DNA from: Candidatus Zhuqueibacterota bacterium
GTDB taxonomy: Bacteria; Zhuqueibacterota; Zhuqueibacteria; Zhuqueibacterales; Geothermadaptataceae
DNA: 64,000 nucleotides
Assembly: GCA_030950365.1 (NCBI GenBank)
Contig: JAUZRQ010000040.1
Span: 13,195 to 77,194, forward strand
Reading direction: 5' to 3'
The stretch's first letter is position 1, and every line of letters begins with the position of its first letter. Below the pieces are notes generated by a model, which did not search any database, was not told where the DNA came from, and saw only the letters and a list, made by a program, of their open reading frames with translations. A program made the translations under genes and the position numbers. Shown here one piece after another: positions 62,296 through 64,000 of this stretch.

Positions 62296-62473
62296 TCCAA
62301 CCAATAGCGGAATCGGTGCTTTCGGCTTAAACAATTTCACCGGCCCATCGTCCTTTTAGCGTGAGAGGGAGCGCCGATGCAGAATACGCTGCCCCGCCTG
62401 AAAAACGGTTAGCCTTCTTCCGATTGGCCTCGCAAACGATCCAAAACCATTAAACCAACATGAGGGACCCTTT

Positions 62474-64000
62474 ATGAAGCGATCGTCTGTTGTGATCCGG
62501 AGTATGCTTGTGTTGCTCCTGTTTGTTGCCATTCAACCGGGATGGAGCCAGACTGCCCCGGTGATCGGGCTGCATGAGAACACGCCCAATGTGCTGGCGC
62601 TCACCCATGCGCGCGTGGTGGTGGCGCCGGGACAGGTATTGGACGATGCCACCGTGGTCATCCGCGACGGCATCATCGATGCCGTGGGCACGCGTGTGAT
62701 CATCCCCAAAGATGCGGTGGTGAAAGATCTCAAGGGAAGAACCCTTTATCCGGGATTTATCGACTTATACACGCATTACGGGTTGCCTTCAGCCAAAGGC
62801 AATCAGCAGCAGCAAAGCGGCATGCGCGGCCGCGCATCCACCAAAGCCCAAAAAGGCGCACACTACTGGAATCCGACCGTGCGCCCCGAAGTGGATGCCG
62901 CCGAGCTGTTTCAGCCGGATCAGAAATCTGCCGAGGCCCTGCGCAAGGCCGGCATCACGGCGGTGCTGACCCTGCCGAAAGAGGGCATTTTTCGCGGTAA
63001 AGGCGTGCTGGTGCTGGTGGCCGATGGTCAGCCCAACGAGCTGATTCTGGCCGAAGACATGGTGCAGGCCATGTCGTTCAGCAAAGGACGGACGTTCCGG
63101 GGCCGCGGCGTGAGCGGCTATCCGGGCTCGCTCATGGGCGCCATCGCGCTGATCCGGCAGGCATTTTTGGATGCCGGCTGGTACCGCGATGCCTGGCGGG
63201 CATACCGGGCGGCCCCTGCCGGACAGGATGCGCCGGAAGTCAATCTGGCGCTGGAAGCGCTGCAACCGTACCTCGCCGGTCGCAAACCGGTGCTGATGGA
63301 AGTCAGCGATGAGTTGGACATTTTGCGGGCGGCCAAAATTGCGCGCGAGTTTCGCCTCAACATGTGGGTGCGCGGCACAGGCAGCGAGTACCGCCGCCTG
63401 GATGCCATCAAAGCCACGGGCTTGAAGCTGGTGGTGCCGGTGAATTTTCCCAAAGCACCGGATGTGTCCACCCCCGAGCGGGAAATGGATGTGAACCTGC
63501 GCGAGCTGCGGCACTGGGATTTCGCGCCGGAGAATCCTGGCCGGCTGGCCCGGGCGGGGGTGCCCTTTGCGCTGACTTCGGCCACACTAAAGAACAGCGC
63601 CGATTTTCTGAAGCAGTTGCGCATGGCGGTGAAGCGCGGCCTGCCCAAAGACGCCGCTCTGGCGGCCGTCACCACCACGCCGGCGCGCTGGCTGAACATG
63701 GCGGCGGTGCTTGGCAGCATTCAAAAAGGCCGGTTGGCCAATCTCATCGTCACTGACGGTGATTTATTTGATGACAAGACCAAAATTCTCGATACCTACG
63801 TGCAGGGCAAACGGTACGAAATCACCCCGGTGCCGGACGTGGATATCCGCGGCAAATGGGCGTTCCGCCTGAACACCGCTGGCCAGACCACTGAAGCCAG
63901 CGTGAACTTCAAAGGCGATGCGGCGAAACCCTCGGTGGAAATGAAACTGGCAGGCAAAAAAGTCCGCGGCGCCAGGGTTACCCTGGACGGCCGGCTGCTG
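62474..64000 (+). CDS. secreted amidohydrolase-family protein (partial; the 3' end is beyond the right edge)
   Basis: Not in the ORF track (no stop before the edge). I translated all 509 codons without a stop: MKRSSVVIRSMLVLLLFVAIQPGWSQ (signal)...VVIRDGIIDAVG...GRTLYPGFIDLYTHYG...GVPFALTS...GSIQKGRLANLIVTDGDLF, an amidohydrolase-type layout. Confidence 0.75.
   Translation, partial: MKRSSVVIRSMLVLLLFVAIQPGWSQTAPVIGLHENTPNVLALTHARVVVAPGQVLDDATVVIRDGIIDAVGTRVIIPKDAVVKDLKGRTLYPGFIDLYTHYGLPSAKGNQQQQSGMRGRASTKAQKGAHYWNPTVRPEVDAAELFQPDQKSAEALRKAGITAVLTLPKEGIFRGKGVLVLVADGQPNELILAEDMVQAMSFSKGRTFRGRGVSGYPGSLMGAIALIRQAFLDAGWYRDAWRAYRAAPAGQDAPEVNLALEALQPYLAGRKPVLMEVSDELDILRAAKIAREFRLNMWVRGTGSEYRRLDAIKATGLKLVVPVNFPKAPDVSTPEREMDVNLRELRHWDFAPENPGRLARAGVPFALTSATLKNSADFLKQLRMAVKRGLPKDAALAAVTTTPARWLNMAAVLGSIQKGRLANLIVTDGDLFDDKTKILDTYVQGKRYEITPVPDVDIRGKWAFRLNTAGQTTEASVNFKGDAAKPSVEMKLAGKKVRGARVTLDGRLL

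Noticed and set aside
62095-62307. 70-aa plus-strand ORF
   Set aside because: It spans the 13-bp hairpin, the purine tract and a composite repeat copy, and its sequence (KEKRRKELNPRPSALSVF...) reflects repeat content.

Overview
High-GC (about 60% by eye) bacterial chromosomal segment. It is densely coded on both strands. T9SS C-terminal sorting domains, a CarboxypepD_reg-type TonB-dependent receptor and PorP/SprF-like content suggest an uncultured FCB-group-like organism. I found no rRNA, tRNA, CRISPR array, transposase or integrase. Housekeeping genes: acnA (partial, left edge), leuS, mlaFED, and a partial amidohydrolase at the right edge. Four accessory blocks stand out. (1) 31.5-42.6 kb is a nine-gene operon with a sigma-54 promoter and a strong terminator. 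It interleaves a MotA/ExbB-ExbD-ExbD-TonB/TolA-like proton-motive-force module with a PorP/SprF-like outer-membrane protein and two T9SS cargo proteins built from cohesin-like, dockerin-like and vWA modules. It is followed by a TPR lipoprotein and a secreted protein. Directly downstream and convergent lies a BamA-family / DUF4390 / NtrY-like kinase / sigma-54 activator operon. This is my best candidate for an undescribed envelope system. (2) 11.8-24.5 kb holds two paralogous GbsR/MarR-like regulators, two paralogous alpha/beta hydrolases, a TonB-dependent receptor, an SDR, two acyl-CoA ligases flanking a non-canonical KAS III-like enzyme, and an SSS transporter. The enzyme families match those of OleABCD / head-to-head condensation pathways. 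(3) 24.5-31.65 kb is a clearly lower-GC island with aceB-aceA and a divergent RamB/PrpR-like regulator. (4) 9.2-11.4 kb is a coupled pair of a kinase-fold protein and a class III aminotransferase. Most larger intergenic regions carry modular short-motif repeats (ATCCGTG-, CTCTGCG- and CACRAAG-type arrays). All functional calls come from reading the translations by eye; no database search was run.
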